From: a virus
Virus record (IMG/VR): IMGVR_UViG_3300024319_000005
Location: 1 to 64,000 of that record
Length of the DNA stretch: 64,000 bases
Direction: 5' to 3' (one strand)
Below, piece after piece: positions 9,959-19,711 of this stretch. Below the pieces are notes generated by a model. That model worked only from the letters and a program-made list of their open reading frames with translations. It did not search any database and was not told the DNA's origin. How positions within the stretch are numbered: the stretch's first letter is position 1; each line of letters starts with the position of its first letter. A program made the position numbers and the translations under genes.

Positions 9959-12900
9959 TTATCTAATTGATTGTTTATTATTAACTGCTAAGAAATGTAC
10001 AGTAGCTTTTACATCTTGTTCAGATTCAAAGAACAATCTTACTTTAACATACTTACCTTTTACTTTAGATAGTTGGTATTGACCTTTATCTTCTATGTTG
10101 GTAGGTACTTTATCTATTGGATACTCATTTACTGTATCCACATAGGCGTTAGAATAAATATTGTTGTTACTACTAATATCCCAAAGTTGAGCTATTTTAA
10201 AATTGTTATCGGTTTTAATACAGCTAATGTCCGTATTATTATAATTTATATTTCCAAATGGGTCTGTTACTTGATTAATAGTATTGATACTTTGTTTACC
10301 AGTACTTTGAAAATCATTGTATGCCCATACGTAATTAAAGTTATCTTCTATTGGCTCCCATCTTTTACCATCTAGTATCTCAAAGTCAGCTACGTAATCT
10401 ACACTAGATAAGAACTGAGTCTGTACTAAAGGCATACTTACCTCTATAATCATTGGGTATTTCTTACCATAGAATGTATTAAAGTTTTTATCTATCTCGT
10501 GTAAATAGATACCTTCTTTAAATGAGTACATTCTATTTATATTGTTAAACCCTAACTCAGATACATAAGGTTGGAAACTATCCCAGCTTTGCTTTAGGAA
10601 AGAATAACAAATAGTAAATGAGTTGTCCTCAAAGTATTTAGAATCTCCATATTCAACTACCTCTATAGTATCTCCTACTGCATAGTAGTATACTCCTAAT
10701 ACTTTTAAGTATGCTGACTTAAGATTAGTTACATCTGGGAAAGCAGGGTATTCTACAAACTCATTAATAGCTACTACATCATTCTTAGTAAGTATTAATC
10801 TCTTAAAGTAAGGGTCAAAGTTTAAGTGTACGCTACCTTCTCCTTTTACAGGTAAGTTAGTCTTAAACCAATGTAACCAACCTTTATCACTAAGTACATC
10901 TAATCCCTGTCCGTTAAAGTTAAATATCTGACCATTAATTGTATCTACCCATTGTAGACCAAATTCGTTACTACTTTCTGCATAAGCATATTGCTTACCC
11001 CCATAAGAAGTATTAGTTTCTCTAAACTGTATTTCAGGTAGTGATAAAAATTCTCCTGTACCTACAAATACATTACTTTCATTTGTTTGTAAGGTTTGAG
11101 GATTTACAGGCTTAACAAAAGATGAGTACGTAGTGTTAATAACTAGCCTATTAGCTTTAGCATTTAGTCCTGTTATTTCTCCTGTATTAGAAGTCATGTC
11201 TCTAAAATCATTTGCTAAAGTAACTCTAAACAAGTCTTGTGACTCCTCTAAGAAAGATACAGGCGAAAACACATATCTATTAGGGAAGTTATTTAAACAG
11301 TTACTACAGAAGTCATAGTTAAACCCTAAAGAATAACTAGCACTTAAATCTGTGTAATTGTAATCTTTATTGTAGTTGTATGGTTCTCCATACGGAGTCA
11401 TGCTTACTGCAAAATCATTGTTCTCTTCATCATAAGAAGTTAACTTACTATTTAAATAAGCTTTTACTCCTTCCCAATATGCAGGAATGTCATCTCTACT
11501 ATCAGCACAAATAAATGTTTCTCCACCAATACCACCTTCGATATCATCTTCAACCATAGTATTTGGTGTAAACTCTAACTGCATAGCAGCAAAAGCATTA
11601 CTTTCTCCTGTATGGTTTAATTTAAAGTTGTAAGTACTATCTACAAACAAGTTGTATAAGTGCTCACTATGAAACTCTGAAGAGCCTCCACTTTCGTCTC
11701 CGTCAAAGTAATTAAAACCTTGTTTATAAAAGAAACTTTCATACTTTTCTAAATCTGAAAATACACTAGCAATACTAGCAAACAAACTTTGACCTATACC
11801 AAATAATGATCTAAACCAAGAGCCACTTCTTTTTGCTAACATATAATTGTTTAGCTGTAACTCAGAGTTAAATATGTTACCTTTAAAGATAGAGAAACTG
11901 CCGCTACCTTTTATTGTTTGGTTGTGTAATCTTTCATACTCTAGGTTTAAAGGATTAGAATATGCATTCTTGTTATAAGTATTTAAACTAATCTTTGCTA
12001 ACCCACTTCCTGCAGGCATTGTAAGAACTCTATCTGTTTCTATTGCATTTATACTATTAGCTACACTTACGTTAATTAAAGTATCTGTACCTACAGTATC
12101 ATAACGTAACCTATCTAGGAATCTATTAGTTATTATGTTTACATTTATCTGTGCTGATTGTTCTAGATCAGTGTACCTTGTTGCTTTACTAATATAATTC
12201 CAATCACTATCAAAGCTTCCAGCTCCAGTACCATCATTGTTAATAGATTGTAACCAAGATAAACCACTATGTAAACCTATGTTCTTTATAAAGGTTGCAT
12301 TTTGATATTCTTTCTGTAATGTCTTAGGAGTAAATACTGCATTCCATGTATCTCGGTCTTTACTTTCTCCTTGTGTTTCTAAGTAACTAAACCCATACTC
12401 TCTCTTATCTGCGTCTCCTCTACCTCTCATTCTTGATGCTACTCCTTGATCTAGTATAAAGTTTTCATCTAACTTAGCAACTACAAACTCATGGCTTATT
12501 ACATCTTCATGTGGGTACTCTACATTAAAGAACTGTATTCCTATTCTACCTTCAGGTATTAATCTTCTGTCTGGAAATCTATAGTGTCTTATTGGACTAC
12601 CTGCTACATCATTACCGCAAATGTCTTTACCCCAAAAGTCTTCAGAGCAGTCAGGTGACTCATATACATTGTCTTCATTTTGGTAATATCCAAACCTACC
12701 TTCTAGTTCATTAATTTGGTAAGCAGTATTGTATATTTGATACCTCTTAGGTAGACCTTGTATTTCTTTTAAAGCTTCTAAAGATGCTGTATCTGTTTTA
12801 CCATAAAGATCTCCTGCAAGTTCTTTATATCTTTCTTCAGTAATAAACCAAGACATATCTTCATTCCAAGTTGGGTATACTGTAGTATCCCATCCTGATA

Positions 12901-14404
12901 ATCCTAATGGTGGTAATGTTTGATTTATAGTTTTATCACTAGGTAAGAAAAATGGCAATGCAGTAATCATTGTTATGTACTCAGGGAAATCATAATCAAA
13001 TGTTACATTTGTTACAAACCCTTCGTCTAGAAATTCTGTGTAGTATTCTAGTTCATCATAGTTACCAAAGATTGCATTTATAGTTATATCTTTAGTAGTA
13101 GGTACTCCATCTAACAAGTAGTTAGCTGTTATAGTTACGACTATATCTTCCCCTAAATTGTTCTGTATGTCAAACCTTGCATTAACAATAGCTTGTACAT
13201 CAGTTACTACTTTTACTGTATCTCCATCAAAACCTTTATTAGTGCATTGACCTATGATAGGGAATACTGGAGATGTCTTACCATTTTTTAATCTGTATTT
13301 TATTCCAAAAGGAATAACTTCGTCAGGCATAAAGCCTTCTCCGTCTATATATGTAGATGGATCTTTATCTACTGCTTGTTCTCCTACTACAAACTTAGCA
13401 CCTATCTTAGATGCAAAAGGTTGAAATGTATTCCAATTGTATACACTCTCTGTTAAATTACCTCTTATTAGTCTGTTGTCTATCTGTGTTATTTGTTTAG
13501 ATGTATCATAAATAACAAAAGGTATTAATGCTTCTGCTATATCTATAAATCCATCTTTGTTAGTTATACCTTTAAATATTAGTTTATTGTTAGTAAACAG
13601 TTTAGATACTCTTATTGCATCTCTCTGTAAGCCATCTCCTGATGTCTTTCTTAATACTACTAGTCTAAGGTATTTAAATGTAGAAGGAAACTCATCTACT
13701 ATAACTTCTATTGAGCCATTTACTTTAGGTATACCGCCTATATTAACGTCAGCTGATGCTATGTTATATGCCCCTGTAGTTTCTGCATTAGTCGCCCCCT
13801 TAGTGGAGTTAAATACAGGTACTGATAGTGACTCCTTAGTTTTGTATATAATATCTAAATCACCATTTAAAGCCTCAACAATAAATGAATATGTACCTAC
13901 TTCTAAACTACCATCTAGGTTAGTTTTCTTTACTGATTTAATTTCTATAGAATCAGATGTTACTGCTAGGTTTAATCTCTCTGTAGAGAAAACACCATCT
14001 ACAATTAATTCATCTAATCTATCTAAGTTTATTCTTCTATCAGGATTAAGCCCATCTACAAAATATATAAGTCTTTCACAACCATTTTTTACTCTAAATG
14101 TAGCTCTAATAGGATCTTTAAAGTTTAAGTCTTCTACTAGATACTCTACAACTGTAGTCTTATTAACTCCTAGTATTATATCTTTTTCTCCTGTTAAAAA
14201 CAAGTATACTTCTTCCTCTCCATTGCACTCTCCTAATAAAGAATACCCAGCATACTCCTTTACCAGAGTATTGCCAGGTTCAGATGACTTAGCTAGTAAG
14301 TCTCCATTTGTTGATTGATCTAATGTACCTCTAGCATAAGATATAAAGTCTTTTACTTTAGGATCAAAATCATTAGTTATTCCCTCTATGAATTGAGTCA
14401 CCAT
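9959..14404 (-). CDS. Tail stabilisation/muzzle protein (P22 gp10-like, crAss Tstab)
   Basis: 1481 aa, beta-rich. Motifs IYFVDGLNPDRRINL, PIRHYRFP and GEITGL...WVD. Sits between ring/IHF genes and cargo genes. Confidence 0.8.
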   Translation of the reverse strand: MVTQFIEGITNDFDPKVKDFISYARGTLDQSTNGDLLAKSSEPGNTLVKEYAGYSLLGECNGEEEVYLFLTGEKDIILGVNKTTVVEYLVEDLNFKDPIRATFRVKNGCERLIYFVDGLNPDRRINLDRLDELIVDGVFSTERLNLAVTSDSIEIKSVKKTNLDGSLEVGTYSFIVEALNGDLDIIYKTKESLSVPVFNSTKGATNAETTGAYNIASADVNIGGIPKVNGSIEVIVDEFPSTFKYLRLVVLRKTSGDGLQRDAIRVSKLFTNNKLIFKGITNKDGFIDIAEALIPFVIYDTSKQITQIDNRLIRGNLTESVYNWNTFQPFASKIGAKFVVGEQAVDKDPSTYIDGEGFMPDEVIPFGIKYRLKNGKTSPVFPIIGQCTNKGFDGDTVKVVTDVQAIVNARFDIQNNLGEDIVVTITANYLLDGVPTTKDITINAIFGNYDELEYYTEFLDEGFVTNVTFDYDFPEYITMITALPFFLPSDKTINQTLPPLGLSGWDTTVYPTWNEDMSWFITEERYKELAGDLYGKTDTASLEALKEIQGLPKRYQIYNTAYQINELEGRFGYYQNEDNVYESPDCSEDFWGKDICGNDVAGSPIRHYRFPDRRLIPEGRIGIQFFNVEYPHEDVISHEFVVAKLDENFILDQGVASRMRGRGDADKREYGFSYLETQGESKDRDTWNAVFTPKTLQKEYQNATFIKNIGLHSGLSWLQSINNDGTGAGSFDSDWNYISKATRYTDLEQSAQINVNIITNRFLDRLRYDTVGTDTLINVSVANSINAIETDRVLTMPAGSGLAKISLNTYNKNAYSNPLNLEYERLHNQTIKGSGSFSIFKGNIFNSELQLNNYMLAKRSGSWFRSLFGIGQSLFASIASVFSDLEKYESFFYKQGFNYFDGDESGGSSEFHSEHLYNLFVDSTYNFKLNHTGESNAFAAMQLEFTPNTMVEDDIEGGIGGETFICADSRDDIPAYWEGVKAYLNSKLTSYDEENNDFAVSMTPYGEPYNYNKDYNYTDLSASYSLGFNYDFCSNCLNNFPNRYVFSPVSFLEESQDLFRVTLANDFRDMTSNTGEITGLNAKANRLVINTTYSSFVKPVNPQTLQTNESNVFVGTGEFLSLPEIQFRETNTSYGGKQYAYAESSNEFGLQWVDTINGQIFNFNGQGLDVLSDKGWLHWFKTNLPVKGEGSVHLNFDPYFKRLILTKNDVVAINEFVEYPAFPDVTNLKSAYLKVLGVYYYAVGDTIEVVEYGDSKYFEDNSFTICYSFLKQSWDSFQPYVSELGFNNINRMYSFKEGIYLHEIDKNFNTFYGKKYPMIIEVSMPLVQTQFLSSVDYVADFEILDGKRWEPIEDNFNYVWAYNDFQSTGKQSINTINQVTDPFGNINYNNTDISCIKTDNNFKIAQLWDISSNNNIYSNAYVDTVNEYPIDKVPTNIEDKGQYQLSKVKGKYVKVRLFFESEQDVKATVHFLAVNNKQSIR

Positions 14405-15248
14405 ATTTCATTAATCTTTGTGCGTTAGTATTTCTTCCAACTATAGAATCTATATCTGATAGTTTAATCTTAGACATTATCTTGTTTGATCTATAAGACA
14501 TAAGTAAAGTCTCTGCTCTTTGTAGGAAATTTACTGAGATAGTCATATTGTTAGGATCCATTCCTATTTTATCTTCGTAAAACATTCCTGTAGCATATGC
14601 AGCTAATCCTCTTAACAGTTTAGTGTCATCAGGCACTAGTGTGTCTGTACCATCTTTAAGAGTAGCTTTGTATACTATGCTTATCCAGCCAGACTCTAAA
14701 TCAAATAATAACTCATTACCTAATGTATTAGATGAAAATGTTTCACTACAACTATTCATACATTGCTTAGAAACTAAATCTCTTGTTGTACCTACATATT
14801 GTAAAGGCTGTAACCTCTGCTCTTCTTCTAAGTAACTTAAAAATACTTGGTAAGATAAAGTGTGTCTACATATTTTATCTTCTCTAGTAGAAAATCCTGA
14901 CCCTGTTTTTACTTCTTCTTTACAAGAACTACAACTTACAGTATTATTAGAAGATGTTACATTGTCACATAGCTCTACTCCGCATTTACATTTTACTTTA
15001 TACTTACATGGAAAGTTAGGGTCTAACTCATCTGTGTAATATATTCTTTGTACTGATACTAGGTCTTCAGGTAATCTTACTTTGTGGTCTCTTATTGGTA
15101 GAATGCAGCATACTGTCTCATAATCAGACCTTCCATCTAATGATTTAAAAGCTGTATTAGCATAGAACATTAAATCCATATCTGATACTTCTTTCCTGAC
15201 ACTAGGAGAAACATAGGCTAACACCTTTTCTATTTTTACATTTTTCAT
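14373..15248 (-). CDS. Tail ring/tubular protein
   Basis: 291 aa, directly upstream of muzzle. Pattern VRLPEDL...GWISIVYKA...LVPDD. Confidence 0.6.
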   Translation of the reverse strand: MKNVKIEKVLAYVSPSVRKEVSDMDLMFYANTAFKSLDGRSDYETVCCILPIRDHKVRLPEDLVSVQRIYYTDELDPNFPCKYKVKCKCGVELCDNVTSSNNTVSCSSCKEEVKTGSGFSTREDKICRHTLSYQVFLSYLEEEQRLQPLQYVGTTRDLVSKQCMNSCSETFSSNTLGNELLFDLESGWISIVYKATLKDGTDTLVPDDTKLLRGLAAYATGMFYEDKIGMDPNNMTISVNFLQRAETLLMSYRSNKIMSKIKLSDIDSIVGRNTNAQRLMKYGDSIHRGNN

Positions 15249-15724
15249 CTTGTACTTTCGTTAAGGTTTCTAAATTCTAAAAAGTTATCTTTATAATAAT
15301 CAAACATATACTTCCAAGAATATTTAGTTAATAATACTCGCCATTTCCATTTTTGGGTCATTACACCATTGTCTTTATGCTTCCTATGCCAGAGTAATTT
15401 AAACTTACCACCTTTAAGTCCTAAGTTCTTTTTCCTGACTGTACCTTCATTAAAATCTCTGTATGTGCCTTGGTATCTTTTAATTATTAAATAACCTAAT
15501 CTATGTGGTAAATTTAATCTAGACCCTTGTCTAAGATACAGTAAAGTAAATTTAAAAATACACTTTAATATAGTTATGTATTCCTTGTAAGTTAAACTAT
15601 ATTTATGATCACAAACCATATCTGTAGGTTTTACATAAGGTATAGTTATTGTTTTATTTACTTTAACTTCTTGGCACTTGTAAGGGTATTCTTTATAAAA
15701 ATCATGAAAACCCCTATAGCTCAT
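15245..15724 (-). CDS. IHF/HU-like DNA-binding protein (crAss-type)
   Basis: Basic 159 aa protein with GSRLNLPHRLGYLIIKR. Position between ring genes matches crAss-like phages. Confidence 0.6.
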   Translation of the reverse strand: MSYRGFHDFYKEYPYKCQEVKVNKTITIPYVKPTDMVCDHKYSLTYKEYITILKCIFKFTLLYLRQGSRLNLPHRLGYLIIKRYQGTYRDFNEGTVRKKNLGLKGGKFKLLWHRKHKDNGVMTQKWKWRVLLTKYSWKYMFDYYKDNFLEFRNLNESTR

Positions 15725-16400
15725 TGTTTCTATTATTAGTTACATCTTCTCTTACTCCTAAACTTCTTAATAAAGATTGTGAAGCTTCGTCTATTGCGTA
15801 AGCCATAAAGTCTCCTTCTAATCCTATTTCTACTTCATCAATATTAAAACAGTTTAAAGCTATATCTTCATCAGGATTTTCTATGTAATCGCAGTAAGTA
15901 ATTCCATCCCATTCAGTTTCATCTTCAAAAATTCCCTCTACTAGTATTGCAGGTATTAGCTGCTCTGTATTTGTATTCCAAAGAATTATTTTTCTATTGA
16001 GGAATGTATAAGTTACTACTCCTTTTTTTATGTCTATTAGTTGGTTTGTTTTTTGCTCTTGAGTACTTACAGGAAATATTTCTTTGTAATCTAAAGTATA
16101 AACTCTTATCTCATCTCTATATTTTCCTGAGTAAGTTTTAGGTATTTTAAATACAGTCTTCTGTACTTTACAACCTATATCTACACAGTCACAATCGTGT
16201 GAGTTATCAATCTCCAAAGGAGTACAATAGACTGCTTTTAATCTGTCAGAAGTTCTATATGCTTCTTTTATTCTTTGTGACTGATATTTGTTTATATATA
16301 TTTTTAGCTCATTCCATAAATACTCATTTGAGTATGTACTGTCATCTTGAAATTTTTTTATTCTATTTCTAAGTAAGCTAATGCCTTCAACTATTTTCAT
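15714..16400 (-). CDS. Tail ring/tubular protein (P22 gp4-like)
   Basis: 228 aa with DDS..SNE, CDC..IGC and VEGIFED. Synteny. Confidence 0.6.
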   Translation of the reverse strand: MKIVEGISLLRNRIKKFQDDSTYSNEYLWNELKIYINKYQSQRIKEAYRTSDRLKAVYCTPLEIDNSHDCDCVDIGCKVQKTVFKIPKTYSGKYRDEIRVYTLDYKEIFPVSTQEQKTNQLIDIKKGVVTYTFLNRKIILWNTNTEQLIPAILVEGIFEDETEWDGITYCDYIENPDEDIALNCFNIDEVEIGLEGDFMAYAIDEASQSLLRSLGVREDVTNNRNNEL

Positions 16401-16407
16401 AATTTAT

Positions 16408-16611
16408 TTATTTATTCCATTCATCATTGTAATAACACATGTTATCACTAGATTTATAATATTCATCTTTTTTACTGTAAGGTAACTTATTAGCTATTCT
16501 TTCTAACTCACCAACTAAATAATCAAACTTACCATCTTCATTATCAAAACTTAGGCAGTTTAAGTATATCTTCTGCCTTAGACTTAATTGTTCCGTTGTA
16601 CTCGCTCCCAT
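16408..16611 (-). CDS. Hypothetical protein
   Basis: 67 aa ORF filling the gap; overlaps the 3' end of the nuclease gene. Confidence 0.45.
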   Translation of the reverse strand: MGASTTEQLSLRQKIYLNCLSFDNEDGKFDYLVGELERIANKLPYSKKDEYYKSSDNMCYYNDEWNK

Positions 16612-17395
16612 ATAAATTTAAAATTTCTTGTGCTTCATGTGTAAGATCTAGTATAGGATATACCTTGTGTGTTCTATTTTCAGGATGAAACCATACTAAC
16701 TCTATATTCTCTACTGGTACTCTAATGTCTGTGTTCTTTTCTAATATGTTTTTATATATACATTGTTGTAAGGAATAAATAACATGCTCACATTCAATCA
16801 AATGGCTAAGTGGTCCTGTAAGGTTTTTTCTAAACTTGTGGGGATCATCTTGCATATGAAACTGCTTGTCTGTCTTATAATCTCTTATACATATTCCTCT
16901 TTCTTCATCTCCAAAGATCTTATCAAAAGTCCCTGAAATACCGTAATCTAAGTCATACATCATTACCTCTGAACCTATGTAAGTAAACTGACTAAAGTCT
17001 TTTAAATACTCGTCAGCTTGCATTATAATATAATTCATGTGGTCAAAGTATAGATATAAATCTTTAGGATGTAAATCAAATACTGCTTTGTCCCATTTAG
17101 GTAATCCTTCTCCTTCTAGTGCAAACTCAATGTATTCGTGCAAGTAAGTACCTTTAGTGTTTCCTAACCATCTTTTATAGTCCCACTCTGCTTGAATACT
17201 TTCTACTGTTCTGTTGTCTCGTTTAGCTATTGCTTTTTGTATAACATTCCAATCGGTCTTTTTCTTGAATCTTGCTTTTGCCTTTGAAACTGAATTAAGG
17301 TTTAAGTCTTTATTATTTATGTAATATTTATGAGCTATTGGCTCTAGCTCTATGCCAGGAAAGGCATTTAAGATTTGTTTTTTGATATCTTGCAT
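16544..17395 (-). CDS. PD-(D/E)XK exonuclease
   Basis: GTYLHEYIE...SE...ISGTFD...IRDYKT...YSLQ motifs. Confidence 0.85.
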   Translation of the reverse strand: MQDIKKQILNAFPGIELEPIAHKYYINNKDLNLNSVSKAKARFKKKTDWNVIQKAIAKRDNRTVESIQAEWDYKRWLGNTKGTYLHEYIEFALEGEGLPKWDKAVFDLHPKDLYLYFDHMNYIIMQADEYLKDFSQFTYIGSEVMMYDLDYGISGTFDKIFGDEERGICIRDYKTDKQFHMQDDPHKFRKNLTGPLSHLIECEHVIYSLQQCIYKNILEKNTDIRVPVENIELVWFHPENRTHKVYPILDLTHEAQEILNLYGSEYNGTIKSKAEDILKLPKF

Positions 17396-17422
17396 ATAAG
17401 TTTTATTAAATAATTAAAAAAT

Positions 17423-17459
17423 AAAAAACAAGGAAGAACCACATTTGGTCCAACCTTGT
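17423..17459 (-). terminator. Possible intrinsic terminator
   Basis: Imperfect stem caagg...ccttg followed by a T-run on the minus strand. Confidence 0.4.
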
Positions 17460-17477
17460 CTAACTAACAAACTTATG

Positions 17478-18602
17478 TTATTTGATTCGGTATTCTTGCA
17501 TACCTTTAAATCCTATTTCTTTATCGTATGAGTAACTTTGTGCTGCCCTCATAGACATATATGCGTTATCTTTATGCCATTTGTCTGTAACACCTAATGA
17601 TGTAAGGTATCTTACTACAAAACCCCTAAACTCTTTCGTTTGTTGGTGGTGTGTGTGACCAAGTATAGCTTCTCTGTATAATGTATTACCCCATAACTTT
17701 GGTTGCTCTGCTGCAAATACGTTAGGGTAATCAGCCATTTTTAATTCTCCGTGTTCAAACATAAACCCTGTAACTCCGTACTGACAATACTGTCTGCTAT
17801 CTTTGTTATTTAAAATGTTTACGTTATCGTTATTCCAAAAGTATCCTTCTACTGCTCTAATCAATGTAAAACTTTCGTATCTATCATGATTACCTGCAAT
17901 GTGATAAACTTCTATAGGTGCTATAGTAGCTAACCAAGAAAGAACATCTATACAATCTTTAAAAGCTGTATCGAAGCAAGCATAAGCGTCAGCAGAATCA
18001 TGCTGAGGAGTACCTTTAGTAGTTGCTTTGCTGTTTCCATCTGAGTTTAATATATCGTTTCCTATTGGTACAATAAACTTTTCTATTGTATTTGTATCAT
18101 ACCTGCTTACTAATTCTGCTACTGCAGTCCTAAAAGACTTACTTGTTATCTCTAAAGGACCTTTTCCATAGTGTAGATCAGGTATAGATAATAACACTGC
18201 TTGGTTAGCTTCGTCTTTAACTTCTAATTCAGGATACTTTGGTGAATGTATTTTAAGAGACTCTATAAGTTCTTCAATTTTACTATCCTCTGCTTCAGCA
18301 TCTTCTATTTTTTCTAGAGACATCTGCATGCTTCCCGAACGACCCCATGCTTTTTTTATTCTAAATCCATCAGGAATATCCATTCCTTCTACTCCTGCAT
18401 AGTAGTTGTTACTATTATCTTCTACTATTGGACCATTATAGTCAGGTGCTAAATTACCTGTCTTTTCATAATACCTCCAAAAATCATTTGCTTGTTTAGA
18501 ATCTTTTAAATCATACTTAATTGCGTAATCATTCCAAGTTCCTTGTTTGTCGTTAGAGATCAAGTCTTTTATAAACTCTACTCGTCTTTCTGTTAAATTC
18601 AT
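17478..18602 (-). CDS. Calcineurin-like metallophosphoesterase
   Basis: DLHYG, GND, GNHD, HGE and GHTHH motifs in canonical order. Confidence 0.9.
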   Translation of the reverse strand: MNLTERRVEFIKDLISNDKQGTWNDYAIKYDLKDSKQANDFWRYYEKTGNLAPDYNGPIVEDNSNNYYAGVEGMDIPDGFRIKKAWGRSGSMQMSLEKIEDAEAEDSKIEELIESLKIHSPKYPELEVKDEANQAVLLSIPDLHYGKGPLEITSKSFRTAVAELVSRYDTNTIEKFIVPIGNDILNSDGNSKATTKGTPQHDSADAYACFDTAFKDCIDVLSWLATIAPIEVYHIAGNHDRYESFTLIRAVEGYFWNNDNVNILNNKDSRQYCQYGVTGFMFEHGELKMADYPNVFAAEQPKLWGNTLYREAILGHTHHQQTKEFRGFVVRYLTSLGVTDKWHKDNAYMSMRAAQSYSYDKEIGFKGMQEYRIK

Positions 18603-18682
18603 TTTAAGTTTGTTTGTTAATTAAGTTAGTTATTTACATTTAATAATGTAAGTAGAAACTTATTTACGTTATTAATATGACC

Positions 18683-18715
18683 ACAAGATATGTAAAATAA
18701 CTGACAATACCAAAT
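18683..18715 (-). promoter_or_regulatory. Bacteroidota sigma70-like promoter (variant)
   Basis: Minus strand TTTG-gtattgtcagttattttaca-TATCTTG upstream of the phosphoesterase. Confidence 0.5.
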
Positions 18716-18736
18716 ATTTTAATAGTTATTTTTTTT

Positions 18737-18776
18737 AAAAAAAAGGAGTTAAATCAACCAACTGACCTAACTCCTT
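18737..18776 (-). terminator. Intrinsic terminator after the lysis-like cassette
   Basis: aaggagtta...taactcctt inverted repeat plus T8 on the minus strand. Confidence 0.7.
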
Positions 18777-18849
18777 AAGAATCAAAAGACTATGAAGAAA
18801 TCTTATCTAAATTTAATTATTTAAATCTATTAAATTTAAATTTTTATCT

Positions 18850-19344
18850 TTACTTTGCTATAAGTTCTTTAGTTATTATAGCTACTAACAACATACTAGT
18901 TACTCCTCCACCCCATTCTAACCATTTATTTTTTACTTTTAATTTAGAGTTTTGCCATTTAAGAGCTTTTATTTCATCTTTATATGTAGTATGTACACTA
19001 GCGCAATTATTATATAAATCTTCTATTAAAATAAGTTGTTGGTCTTTTTTATCTATTATAATGTCTTTATCTGCAATTCTACTAGAGTAATTATTTATTA
19101 GTATATCTTTACTTTCCATTAAAGTAGTCATTAAATCTATTCTAGTGTTTTGTGCAGTTACTTCTAGTATTAATAAATTAAGCTCCTCGGACTGCTTATA
19201 TAACAAGTCTATTTGCCACGGTGCCAACTCATACAAACCTGTGTTAGGATTTTTAAACGTAAAATCTTGTGCATTACTTGTTGCTGTCACTAGCATTAGG
19301 GCTGAGATAAAACTCATTATTAAGCCATATTTTCCTTTGCTCAT
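18850..19344 (-). CDS. Secreted coiled-coil protein with C-terminal TM (spanin-like?)
   Basis: Signal-peptide-like N-terminus, coiled coil, hydrophobic C-terminus. Overlaps the upstream gene. Confidence 0.45.
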   Translation of the reverse strand: MSKGKYGLIMSFISALMLVTATSNAQDFTFKNPNTGLYELAPWQIDLLYKQSEELNLLILEVTAQNTRIDLMTTLMESKDILINNYSSRIADKDIIIDKKDQQLILIEDLYNNCASVHTTYKDEIKALKWQNSKLKVKNKWLEWGGGVTSMLLVAIITKELIAK

Positions 19345-19711
19345 CTGTAAATTCTGTTTTATTATTACTTAAAGAATCTCTAAGTTTGTAAATGTTATCT
19401 AATACTTCTTTGTTTTTAGCTAATTTAGTATAAGCTAAGTTTACTTTTTGATTTAATTGTTTTAGTTTTTCTTCAGATTTTAATATAGTGCTGTTTTTAT
19501 GTTTTATTACAGTAATAAGAACATCTATCCTAGATGTAACACTATCTTTATATATTGAGTGTTCTTTCTTTTCCTTAGTTAAGTTAGAATACAAAGGCTG
19601 CATATAAATATATATATAAATACAAGTGCCTATTGCAATTAAACATATTAAATTCCATAACCATTTAGCAGCTATATAAGGGATAGGTATTTTAATGTTG
19701 ACATTCTCCAT
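19274..19711 (-). CDS. Membrane-anchored coiled-coil protein (i-spanin-like)
   Basis: N-terminal TM followed by coiled coil; follows the endolysin-like gene. Confidence 0.5.
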   Translation of the reverse strand: MENVNIKIPIPYIAAKWLWNLICLIAIGTCIYIYIYMQPLYSNLTKEKKEHSIYKDSVTSRIDVLITVIKHKNSTILKSEEKLKQLNQKVNLAYTKLAKNKEVLDNIYKLRDSLSNNKTEFTDEQRKIWLNNEFYLSPNASDSNK

